DNA of 64,000 bases from a virus. Positions within the stretch are counted from its first letter, which is position 1. Every line of letters begins with the position of its first letter. This document shows positions 40,501 through 48,755 of the stretch, one piece after another. A model generated the notes under the pieces. It had not been told where the DNA came from and did not search any database. It saw only the letters and a program-made list of their open reading frames with translations. The position numbers and the translations under genes are program-made. Location: positions 1 through 64,000 of the IMG/VR virus record IMGVR_UViG_3300017977_000066. One strand, written 5' to 3'.

Positions 40501-41651
40501 ACTGGAGTAATGTTTTAAGTACATCAGCTATGCTAGTGCCATTCGCAACTGCAGATGATCCTAAGAGGGTTCTGTATATGAATATACAAAATAGTCATCT
40601 TGTTCCCATAGATAACGCTGAAGTATATCCAGTAAGAACTGGTTATGAAGCTGTAGTTCCTTATAAAGTAGGTTCTAAATATGTAGTAGCTGCTGAAGAT
40701 GATGGAGTTGTAACTAGAGTAACTAAAAACTCTGTAACTATACAATATAAAAAACTAGGTAAGAAGACTTATACTTTTAAAGACTGGACTTCTAAAGAGG
40801 AGTCTAATAGCTCGTTCATGCATAGGATGGCCACTAGTCTTAAAGAGAAAGATAAGTTAGTTAAAGATGATATCGTCTATTATGATATTTCATTCTTCGA
40901 TACAGATATGTTTAATAGAAGAAGAATTGTATATAGGGCTAGTACTAATGCCATGGTAGGCTTAATGGAAACTAGTGAAACTGATGAAGATTCGCTTATG
41001 GTAAGTGAGAAACTTGCTGAAGCTAGTTCTATAACACACGTTAAGATAAGAGACCTTACATTAGATAACACTGAATCTATTAAAGGTGTTCTAGATATGG
41101 GCATTAAAGTTACTCCTACTGATCCTCTATTTATGATAACGACTGGACTTAATGAAGATGGTGTTATGAGTGAAGAGACTCTAGATCTTTTACAAGGATT
41201 CGTTAAGAGTACTCCTAAAGCTAAGTATAAAGGTAAACTCATTAAGCTTAAAGTCTATTATAATTGCGAACCTAAAGAGCTTAGTAGAAGTCTTAAGAAA
41301 CTAGTAGCTACTAGTGAACCTTATATGGAAGGTAAGTCAGGAAGAGTTAGTAGTGGATATAGTATAAACGGTAAACCTCTTGGCGAGGGTAAAGTACATA
41401 TAAAATTCTACATAGAGATCAACTCTGGGTTACATGTAGCAGATAAGGGTATCATATCAGCACAGCTAAAGTCTACCGTAGCTAGTATATATAAAGATCC
41501 TATACTATCTGACGATGGTACTGAAATAGATGCTTTATTTAGTCTTAAAGGTATATATGCTCGTATCGTCAATAGTGCTTATAACATGGGTACTACTGCA
41601 TCCGTACTTAAGAAGATAACTGATAATGCTGTAGATATTTATTTTAAATAG
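37506..41651 (+). CDS. Virion RNA polymerase beta-like subunit (phiKZ gp178-like)
   Basis: GVFTISNNEY, SESSKDSSDVG, LVPFATADDPKR..MNIQ, EDS, ADK...QLKSTV, IDALFS...ARIV. Confidence 0.88.
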   Translation: MSLTQEKFYYKFGIRKPIQLLEPQVLSLDTILLPMYSVIHMLNVDDGYYPSRKQPILKNVSDAIIYNRLNYEPVLHKATELAMKERNLVSGINKSHLDFTTYTRSRFNHILSTKRAKLKNTVPLFTYKYIHKYYRYPESLLSKIYKFENKYSTIVNDIINMENTFKAMEIKDDSFKQYLIVETPKILYDYNIITRYLDKDKDAAYLKLFHNETYMLMLELFKLLNSETSEDSILSGLAKLSHVDIMFKQGSAGVIVNLKTLLSFNKDMGETGMFTNSTLCRSIIKLFNILQTSVGMLEEEVVPLSKEELLKNFKNPDEIVDTTDVISDVNVAMKIAETDNMPIEDTVLVESLEFKNKYDKQATLEDISEAKSIEDVALANLNELNENNKLDKKKLEKLSSIVKDTLNKPSPFKDGTKIKDNLTVDKADIDITEQETRLPDVNVVFNKEELHDPITIKTKKYMKEAFKKDMVSSIMGIQGTGMIVEDIEIIPHDDTLGDYDEYAIKVNDLGKTAGSTVKLMIPRVNDKGVFTISNNEYLLRNQKADAILKKIKFNRVSLSTAYGKLFVDKAPFKKLDRGYSLRKELLKLNEDEIISNLSAGSISVYGEELPKDYTLFGRYVKAFKHKSYYFNFNFDKRKELITTKDLKLETIEHNKKYILCGHASKDLLVMDEDNIIYSYNGKYTKLGTIFDLVPINTTSLKKEYSMVKIFKSYVPVAYLLTYYMGLKNVLKTLKIKYEVLDGNKRVEVDDKTIVVKLDGSTLILYPNNETDSMILNGFNNDIKIMKQMTFDMLNHKDQAMFIFKEMKLNLVSVTEIKALETLFIDPVSRSTLELTDEPTTFVGLLVRAAEMLVDDNYKHPNSFKGFVIKGYDRIPQLVYKTLVSAVKKKISGDSFGRGKMVVDPYDVWRSLNEDSSGVLVDDLNPIADLKQSEDTTLLGAGGRSKESLVGKDRAMHEDDVGIMSESSKDSSDVGITAYLSANPKFANARGTKNEDGKLNWSNVLSTSAMLVPFATADDPKRVLYMNIQNSHLVPIDNAEVYPVRTGYEAVVPYKVGSKYVVAAEDDGVVTRVTKNSVTIQYKKLGKKTYTFKDWTSKEESNSSFMHRMATSLKEKDKLVKDDIVYYDISFFDTDMFNRRRIVYRASTNAMVGLMETSETDEDSLMVSEKLAEASSITHVKIRDLTLDNTESIKGVLDMGIKVTPTDPLFMITTGLNEDGVMSEETLDLLQGFVKSTPKAKYKGKLIKLKVYYNCEPKELSRSLKKLVATSEPYMEGKSGRVSSGYSINGKPLGEGKVHIKFYIEINSGLHVADKGIISAQLKSTVASIYKDPILSDDGTEIDALFSLKGIYARIVNSAYNMGTTASVLKKITDNAVDIYFK

Positions 41652-41697
41652 AACTTAGAATCTAGACTCAGGCTTAGTTTCTAAATAATCTCACATA

Positions 41698-41724
41698 TAT
41701 ATTACTAATATGCCATAACAGGTA
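41698..41724 (+). promoter_or_regulatory. phiKZ-type early promoter with 5' hairpin
   Basis: TATATTACtaataTGCCataacaGGTA. Confidence 0.8.
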
Positions 41725-41744
41725 AATAAATATAACAGGAGTTC

Positions 41745-42038
41745 ATGATGAACGAAAAAACACTAGATGCGTTAGCAACAATAGCTAAAGAAATTTTAAG
41801 TATTAACGAGATGCTTAAGAAAGCTAGTATAGATGTGAGTAATATAGGTGACTATGATATCTTAGATGATGTTAATCGGTTAGCAGAGGATGTAGATGTA
41901 GTTAAAACATTGCTAGGCTATTTTAAAGAGGAAGATATCAGACTAGCATTAGCTAATAGCGAGCTCTCTTTCGACGCTATGACTGATATCGATGATGTTT
42001 TAGATCTTCTAAAAACAGAACCGTTTAAAAGCTTATAG
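41745..42038 (+). CDS. Small acidic early protein
   Basis: aggag RBS; Asp-rich; terminator follows. Confidence 0.7.
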   Translation: MMNEKTLDALATIAKEILSINEMLKKASIDVSNIGDYDILDDVNRLAEDVDVVKTLLGYFKEEDIRLALANSELSFDAMTDIDDVLDLLKTEPFKSL

Positions 42039-42132
42039 GGTTATATCCCCTATAGGCATATTTATTTTTTTCTTTATATGCCGTGTATGTGACATATTTT
42101 GAAAATTAAAAAACAAACATAAAGGATAGGTA

Positions 42133-43587
42133 ATGATTCTCAGAAAAGAAAATGATGTCATGGCTACTAAACTAATAAACATAGCTAATGCTATCATACG
42201 TAAGGTTAGTAATGACAATATAGACAAGTCATACGCGGCTAACCGTATACAGATCGTTGGAGAGGCTATCTTAAGTAATAGATATAAGCTTATGTACCAA
42301 GAAGCCCTTGCCGCTCATAAAGATGTAAAAGGTTTTATCAGGCCTTTAAACAACAGTTGGGTTAACTTAATCTCTAACTCTAGTAATGAGTCTTTCGATA
42401 AATTTGGTATCTCACAGTTTAATAATGAAGTTCTTGAGAACATCTCTAAGAGAATTTCTTTAGAGATAGATACTTATAAAAATAACTACTCGTTCATGGC
42501 TAAGAATTATAACACTTATCTAGAAGATATGCTCAAGACTCTAGAGAAAGAACCTATCGTAGAGAATAGCTTTGCTGTACAGCTTATTAAAGAAGTTGAC
42601 CTTGCAGACATCTTAGATGAAAAAAGCTGGTTGAATAAATCTCTTAATGAAACAGATACTGGTATCTTACCTACTAATATGTCTAACAGCATCTATGAAG
42701 TTAAGAATGACTTAGAAGTAAAACTCTTAGCTGATGAAGCGTTTAAAGCTCTTGGCGATGATACTATAGCTACTATGAATAATTTACTTGCTAGTACTAG
42801 TGTTGGTAGCTTTAAATCTAGACTTTCTGATCTCAGAATCAAAGACATCAATGCTGCAGTTGGTTTAGTTATTATATTTAGAGATAAACTATTATCTGCT
42901 AATAAAGGTGAGGCTGAATACAGTAACATAGATGCTGCTCTTAACTATGTGATAGATACATATAAGAGAATCAAGAACCAGTATACGGTAAGCCTTAGAA
43001 ACAAGTTAGTAGTATCTGCTATAGAAGTTAAAGAAGATAAGTATATCGTATATGCTATAGAAGATAACTTCAGTGAGTATATGAGTAGTTCTAATGGTAG
43101 CATGAAGACTATCTTAGGTGCTATCTTTACAGAGTTCAATGTTTATGAAAATAATATTCCTAATATGTTCAAACCCCTTTATATTAAGAATGATGACTTA
43201 ATAGTTAACAAGCCCTCTTATGACTCATTAAGAAACTCTATACAAAATGCTTATATCCTTAAGAACAGAAACGAAGCCGCTAGCTCTTTAAGAGCGTATT
43301 ACCTTATAGCTTTAGATAGAGTCATGAGTTATAAAGATGATACTATCAGAGCAGAAGCTGAAGCTTATATCAACGGCTGTAAGATATCTGACCTATATGA
43401 TACTTATAACACAACTATGTATATCGTAGAGAACTTCATCTCTAGTAATACTAACTTCAAGATCTTCGCTGAAGGGGTTAGAGAAGCTAAAGAGTTATTA
43501 GATACAGATGATGTTAAACCATTAGCTGGTTATGCTACATTAAGACTTATCTTATTATACTTAATAGGACAAACTGAAATAGCTTAA
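42133..43587 (+). CDS. Probable virion head protein (phiKZ gp177 position)
   Basis: 484-aa ORF between the vRNAP beta and the beta'-C candidate; assignment by gene order only. Confidence 0.5.
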   Translation: MILRKENDVMATKLINIANAIIRKVSNDNIDKSYAANRIQIVGEAILSNRYKLMYQEALAAHKDVKGFIRPLNNSWVNLISNSSNESFDKFGISQFNNEVLENISKRISLEIDTYKNNYSFMAKNYNTYLEDMLKTLEKEPIVENSFAVQLIKEVDLADILDEKSWLNKSLNETDTGILPTNMSNSIYEVKNDLEVKLLADEAFKALGDDTIATMNNLLASTSVGSFKSRLSDLRIKDINAAVGLVIIFRDKLLSANKGEAEYSNIDAALNYVIDTYKRIKNQYTVSLRNKLVVSAIEVKEDKYIVYAIEDNFSEYMSSSNGSMKTILGAIFTEFNVYENNIPNMFKPLYIKNDDLIVNKPSYDSLRNSIQNAYILKNRNEAASSLRAYYLIALDRVMSYKDDTIRAEAEAYINGCKISDLYDTYNTTMYIVENFISSNTNFKIFAEGVREAKELLDTDDVKPLAGYATLRLILLYLIGQTEIA

Positions 43588-43594
43588 AAGCAAA

Positions 43595-43631
43595 CATATA
43601 CTACTAGGAATATTATTCCTAGTAGTATATG
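43595..43631. terminator. Terminator hairpin
   Basis: catatactactaggaat-att-attcctagtagtatatg. Confidence 0.7.
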
Positions 43632-43792
43632 AAATTTGTTCAACCATGAGTTATGATGTAGTTATAAAAGGATGTCATAGTTTTTTATAGATACAGTTTA
43701 AGGAGTGAGAAAATATAAACTAAAATCAGGTATAGATGATTTTAAAGAGGTTTTTTAACTACATGGTCATTATAAGTATATATAGATAAAAA

Positions 43793-44527
43793 TTAACTCC
43801 TTATGATCTTCTCTAAGTCAGTGGCTTCTTTACCAGGACCATTTACTATAGAACTTACTATACCATCTTTCATATAACTTCCAGCTATCTTAGATAGTGT
43901 AGATTTAAATGTATACCAAATATCCATAAGACCTATATATCTAGCTTTAGTATTAATCTTATCAGCTTCAGTATTGATAGCATTCCTATAAGAGATCTTG
44001 ATATCTTTTTGAGTTCTAGTTATGATAGAAGTTAATATCTCGAATACCAATGGATCCTTACCAACAGAAGTAGCCGTATACTCAGGTATGTTGTTAAACA
44101 ACTCGAATACATCTTCATACTCTAGATACCAAGGGATCTTACCTTGTATAACGAAGTATTCAAATACATGATAAACCATGTTACCATTCTTAACGTACTT
44201 TAAGTCATCTATAATAAGATCACCTTCATCCATGACTACCTTCTGATAAAGCACATCCCCTATCATAACCTCTTCTGTACTAGAAGGGCTAACCTTGATC
44301 TTACAAGGTAGATTTAATACGGCATACTCATCTTTATTATTACATATAGCCATACATGCTAAAAGTGTAGAGGTAACATCTATAACAGCTAGGTTCTTAT
44401 CTAGGAACTTATCTGGGAATAAATAATACAACTCTTCTTTAGCTGTAACATTATTACCTTTAGTAATTGTATACTTATCCATAAATTTAGGATTTCTTTT
44501 AAACTTAGTTATGTCTAAACTTTCCAT
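43793..44527 (-). CDS. Probable vRNAP beta' C-terminal subunit (phiKZ gp176-like)
   Basis: FEILTSIITR and YIGLMDI..TFKSTLSKIAGSYMKDGIVSS resemble the beta' C-terminal region; gene order fits. Confidence 0.55.
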   Translation of the reverse strand: MESLDITKFKRNPKFMDKYTITKGNNVTAKEELYYLFPDKFLDKNLAVIDVTSTLLACMAICNNKDEYAVLNLPCKIKVSPSSTEEVMIGDVLYQKVVMDEGDLIIDDLKYVKNGNMVYHVFEYFVIQGKIPWYLEYEDVFELFNNIPEYTATSVGKDPLVFEILTSIITRTQKDIKISYRNAINTEADKINTKARYIGLMDIWYTFKSTLSKIAGSYMKDGIVSSIVNGPGKEATDLEKIIRS

Positions 44528-44603
44528 TATGATTCCTTATTGATTTATTCAAAACAACTAGGCATTAAGATATCATATATGAGTCTCCATATAAATATAG
44601 CCT

Positions 44604-44631
44604 TATATTACTTATATGCCTTAACAAGGTA
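44604..44631 (+). promoter_or_regulatory. phiKZ-type early promoter with 5' hairpin
   Basis: TATATTACttataTGCCTTaacAAGGTA. Confidence 0.8.
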
Positions 44632-44656
44632 AATAAAAAAACATAGGAGGGCTTGT

Positions 44657-45262
44657 ATGGCTTTTGGAGATTTAATTTTAAATAGGGTTTTATTGCCTAA
44701 TGAAATAAATGGGAGAGTGTTGGTTTCAGATATAAAGAAACTAGTAGATGACTATTTTGGAGATTCTGAGTATGCCTTACGGACACCATTGGATCCTGAT
44801 GACCCATATAGTAAAAAGGCGTTCGTGCCTATAGTAAATGTTATGAAGTTAGCATGGGTACATGCTGAACAGAGATTCTTACCCATAGATGTTGCTAATG
44901 TATGTGATAGAGAGTTATATATTTTAGATGGTATATGCTACCGTGGTACTACTGCGATAACTACTGACGAGTATAACGATTACATTATTAAATATAATAA
45001 CCAACCAGCTAAACAAGAAGATGTTGAAAAAACGGTTGATGAAGTCATGGGTACTGATGAAGAAACTTTAGAACCAGTAACTAAGATAGAAGCTGGTTGG
45101 GTACATGCTGAACAAGAGTTCCAATCTGTAGATATTAACGACCTAGATGGAAATGAACTCTATATCCTTAATAGCGGATATTATCATGGTAGTAAGAAAA
45201 TACCCATGAATGAATATATAGAGCTATCTAAGGATAAAAAACATCCTATAAAAACAAAGTAA
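44657..45262 (+). CDS. Early protein with a duplicated ~45-aa domain
   Basis: WVHAEQ.F...D.......ELYIL...Y.G...I...EY occurs twice. Confidence 0.75.
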   Translation: MAFGDLILNRVLLPNEINGRVLVSDIKKLVDDYFGDSEYALRTPLDPDDPYSKKAFVPIVNVMKLAWVHAEQRFLPIDVANVCDRELYILDGICYRGTTAITTDEYNDYIIKYNNQPAKQEDVEKTVDEVMGTDEETLEPVTKIEAGWVHAEQEFQSVDINDLDGNELYILNSGYYHGSKKIPMNEYIELSKDKKHPIKTK

Positions 45263-45268
45263 GTTAAC

Positions 45269-45535
45269 ATGCTAACTAGAGCAGAACTACTATCTAGTAG
45301 TTCCAATATAGATGAGTATGAGAATATATTTGTTTATAAACAAAAGGTATGGAAATATAGACCTGTACCTACAGAACATCTGAGACAGAAGTTTAAGAAG
45401 TCTGCTAAGGTAAATAAGAAGCTTATTAATATTAAGTTCTTAACATATACAGATTTCATTTATGCTTTAAACACTAAGCTAACAGATGATGCTAAATATG
45501 TCATCAAACATAGCAATCTAGCTATGTATTTTTAG
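45269..45535 (+). CDS. Hypothetical protein, paralog of 46969..47229
   Basis: Shared DFI..LNT..TD.AK.VI.H..L motif. Confidence 0.7.
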   Translation: MLTRAELLSSSSNIDEYENIFVYKQKVWKYRPVPTEHLRQKFKKSAKVNKKLINIKFLTYTDFIYALNTKLTDDAKYVIKHSNLAMYF

Positions 45536-45550
45536 ATATGGGATTATGAT

Positions 45551-45757
45551 ATGCTTAAACAAAGATTCGCTTGGTTACCAACTAAAGTTTGGAACATGCG
45601 TAATAAGGATTACCGATACAATTACATATGGCTAGCTTGGTATTACGAAGATACTTATGTACACACATGTACGTTTTATAAACTAACTGATACATGCGAC
45701 CCAGAGGTGCCTTTGCAGGCTAGTAAAAGATTCACTACTAGAAACAACATCTGGTAA
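45551..45757 (+). CDS. Small aromatic-rich hypothetical protein
   Basis: RFAWLPTK...YIWL..Y pattern common in small phage proteins. Confidence 0.6.
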   Translation: MLKQRFAWLPTKVWNMRNKDYRYNYIWLAWYYEDTYVHTCTFYKLTDTCDPEVPLQASKRFTTRNNIW

Positions 45758-46089
45758 TACAATAACAGCAGAGTGTTATGGGGATAGAAGCAAAAGGAAC
45801 ATATGATGGTCTAGTGAATACGATGCTAGTTGAATAGTGTATAGACCAGACTTTTAACTTAGATAGAGTAAGACAACATCTAGATAAGTAGTTGTAACAC
45901 ATATGGATAATAAGCTGGTATTTTTAATATCAGACACAAATAAGGAAAACAATATGAAGATTAACAATAGCGTATATAGAAGTATAAGATGCTAAAAAAA
46001 TAAATGAAAAGATCATAGCTATATCTGTAGAAGCTAATGGTATATGGTGACAACCTTTATAGGACAAGCAACTAAGCCTGTCCTATATA

Positions 46090-46775
46090 CCTATTTTTTC
46101 TTTTCTCTCATATAAGCCTCAGAAGCTCTTATCTCCATCAACCCTAACATTCATACTCATATATCATATCTAGCTCTTCTACATACCTTATACACATCAT
46201 AACACATATGTATCACCATAACACGAATCGCACAGTCATATACTGTCAAGAGCAACACCATCATATCTTGGTTAAGATATCTGCCATTAAGATACTGTAA
46301 GAGCTACTATCTACTTAAGCTTTATCAGCTTAAGTTACTGTTATAGTATCTCTATAATATCTCTATATGGTAATATTATTACTACTATTATATCTCTATC
46401 TTCTACTAGAGATACTAGCTAAAATTGCTAATATATAAGCTATAAAGGCTTCTTAAGCTTTATCAGCTTAAGATTTTAATTTTTATTAAAATCAGGTAAT
46501 TAGAAGACTAGGATAAAATTATCCTAGTATCCTATTAAATTGAAAATAAATAAATAAATAAATATAAGAGGCTTCGCCTCTTATATAATTATATTTTAGC
46601 TAGTGCTGCTCCTATCCTTCCTCCACCTTTGGGGTTCCGGTCGGGGTTCACGAGTCTCACTTCGTTCGGGTCCTCTGGCTCATACCTATGTCCCCCCATC
46701 AGCTGTCTGACTAACTATCTGATGGTATAGTCACATTAATAATATTATTACTATAGTCATTATATACTAACATAT
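46090..46775. repeat. Dispersed non-coding element, copy 2
   Basis: Core 46245-46304 matches 20065-20124; cluster of hairpins and a GC-rich tract; no ORF of 60 aa or more. Confidence 0.9.
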
Positions 46776-46824
46776 AAAATAATATATCCTATATTAGTAA
46801 CTAGTATCATAACTAGTATAACCT

Positions 46825-46862
46825 TATATTACTTATATGAGACTAGAGCTATACTCTAACTC
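46825..46862 (+). promoter_or_regulatory. phiKZ-type early promoter with 5' hairpin
   Basis: TATATTACttatatGAGacTAGAGctataCTCTAaCTC. Confidence 0.8.
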
Positions 46863-46885
46863 TAATACAACAACAGGATAAGACA

Positions 46886-46966
46886 ATGGAAACACTAGTA
46901 CCAATAATAGCATCACTTACTATAATAAGCATAGCAGTCATGTTAGTAATAACGGCAAGGAATTAA
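46886..46966 (+). CDS. 26-aa single-TM early peptide, absent from the ORF track
   Basis: agga RBS; METLVPIIASLTIISIAVMLVITARN*. Confidence 0.6.
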   Translation: METLVPIIASLTIISIAVMLVITARN

Positions 46967-46968
46967 AT

Positions 46969-47229
46969 ATGAAAGATAATGATTACTATTATATATACAG
47001 AGATCTACTAGGTAGATACAACACTGCTACTAGTCCTAGGTTCATAGCAGCACATAAATCTTGTGTGGCTATACCTAAAGATATGGTAAAGTATAAATAT
47101 GCTAAGATAATAGATTTCATACATGACCTTAATACTACCATAACAGATAATGCTAAAGATGTCATCATGCATACGGATCTAGTAGACCTAGTTCCATATA
47201 GTACATACAGGGATGATAACGATGTGTGA
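46969..47229 (+). CDS. Hypothetical protein, paralog of 45269..45535
   Basis: aagga RBS; shared C-terminal motif. Confidence 0.7.
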   Translation: MKDNDYYYIYRDLLGRYNTATSPRFIAAHKSCVAIPKDMVKYKYAKIIDFIHDLNTTITDNAKDVIMHTDLVDLVPYSTYRDDNDV

Positions 47230-47767
47230 GAAGTACGATAAGGTTATGATGGATACGGCTATATTATGGTCTAAACAATCATACTGTAGGAGAAGACAAG
47301 TTGGTTCTGTTATAGCTAAAGATAACAGGATCGTATCCATAGGTTATAATGGAACTACAAAAGGTAGTAGTAATGACTGTGAAGAACATGTTATAGAGTG
47401 TGCTAGCTGTGGTAAGAAACATAATATAGATCATATGTTCGATGAGTATGAAGATGTACATCAGGTAACATGTGAATGTGGTACTACACATAACTACAGT
47501 GATGTTTATCTGCATGAATATGAAGAAGAGTTCTTAGCTACTAAAGATGAGACTTTACATGCTGAACAGAATGCCATAGTATATGCTGCTAAGTATGGTA
47601 TACCCATAACTGGTACAATACTCTATGTTACAACATCACCATGTATCACTTGTGCTAAGCTCATAGTACAGTCTGGTATAAGTAGAGTAGTGTATAAAGA
47701 AGCTTATAAAAATGAAGATGGTATAGCCTTACTACTCAGACATGATATAGAAGTAAGTAAGGTTTGA
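47213..47767 (+). CDS. dCMP deaminase with inserted Zn ribbon
   Basis: SYCRRRQVG, IGYNG, HAEQNAI, SPCITCAK; insert CASCG...CECG. Confidence 0.92.
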   Translation: MITMCEKYDKVMMDTAILWSKQSYCRRRQVGSVIAKDNRIVSIGYNGTTKGSSNDCEEHVIECASCGKKHNIDHMFDEYEDVHQVTCECGTTHNYSDVYLHEYEEEFLATKDETLHAEQNAIVYAAKYGIPITGTILYVTTSPCITCAKLIVQSGISRVVYKEAYKNEDGIALLLRHDIEVSKV

Positions 47768-47783
47768 TATAATAGGAGTAGAC

Positions 47784-48356
47784 ATGAAGAAGATGATATG
47801 GATGATAGGTATCTTAGCTATGGTGGTAACAACATCATACGCTAAGAGTAACAATAAAAGTTTAGTAAAATATGATAAGGCTCTTGTTAGTAAGTATCTT
47901 AATGAACTGGAGCATTATAGTGCTAATCAGTTAGATATCATGGAGTTTGTGTATCAGGCAAGTAGATCAGACGATCTTAGCTATACGATGGCTGCTGTAT
48001 GTATGGAGGAGTCTACTGCTGGTAAGTATATTTTTAACTTAACTGGAGATTATGGTATAGTAGGTATTAATATAAAATCTTATATGAGGAATAATCGTAT
48101 AAAAGTTAACTTGTATTCTAAAGTAGCATTAGCTACTAAACTAATGCGTAATGACGCATACGCGTTACATATAGGTTTAACACTTATGAAATACTGGGTA
48201 AAAAGATATAAGGGTGACTATGTTAAAGCATGGGGCTCTTATAATGGCGGTACTATACCTAATTACTACTATGCTAATAGGATATATAATCGTATAAAAG
48301 CTATCAAGATTTTTAATCTTAAGCATCCTTATATGTTTGATAGTATTTTAGACTAG
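47784..48356 (+). CDS. Secreted SLT-like lytic transglycosylase
   Basis: Signal peptide ending SYA; AVCMEES (catalytic Glu), DYGIVGIN, AWGSYNGG. Confidence 0.7.
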   Translation: MKKMIWMIGILAMVVTTSYAKSNNKSLVKYDKALVSKYLNELEHYSANQLDIMEFVYQASRSDDLSYTMAAVCMEESTAGKYIFNLTGDYGIVGINIKSYMRNNRIKVNLYSKVALATKLMRNDAYALHIGLTLMKYWVKRYKGDYVKAWGSYNGGTIPNYYYANRIYNRIKAIKIFNLKHPYMFDSILD

Positions 48357-48409
48357 GCTATGGTAACCCATAGCTTTTTTTCTTTTGAATTAAATATAAA
48401 GGAAAACTT

Positions 48410-48739
48410 ATGAGCTATTCTAAGAGTAAGCAACATTGGCGACATAGTAAAGAGTATCGTATCTGGAGAACTACTGTTATAAGAAGAGACAAAGTTTGTC
48501 AGATATGCGGCAGTAGACAAGGGAGAGAAGCACACCATATGAACTCAGCTTCATATTTCCCAGATGAGCATTTTGATATTAAAAATGGTGTTACATTATG
48601 TAGCGATTGTCATACTCAGTTCCATTGTAACTTTAAGAGAAGTTTTAGACAGAAGTGTACCAAGTATGATTTTGAAAACTTTAGAACATTAGTTTACTAT
48701 CTTAAGGATAAGTTTTCTAACCATGAGATGAATAAATAA
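48410..48739 (+). CDS. Small HNH endonuclease
   Basis: RRDKVCQICG, EAHH, NGVTLCSDCH..FH. Confidence 0.9.
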   Translation: MSYSKSKQHWRHSKEYRIWRTTVIRRDKVCQICGSRQGREAHHMNSASYFPDEHFDIKNGVTLCSDCHTQFHCNFKRSFRQKCTKYDFENFRTLVYYLKDKFSNHEMNK

Positions 48740-48755
48740 AATAAAGGATGATAAA

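Noticed and set aside
46630-46680. tRNA gene suggested by GGTTC motifs
   Set aside because: No cloverleaf with acceptor stem, D arm and anticodon arm could be built
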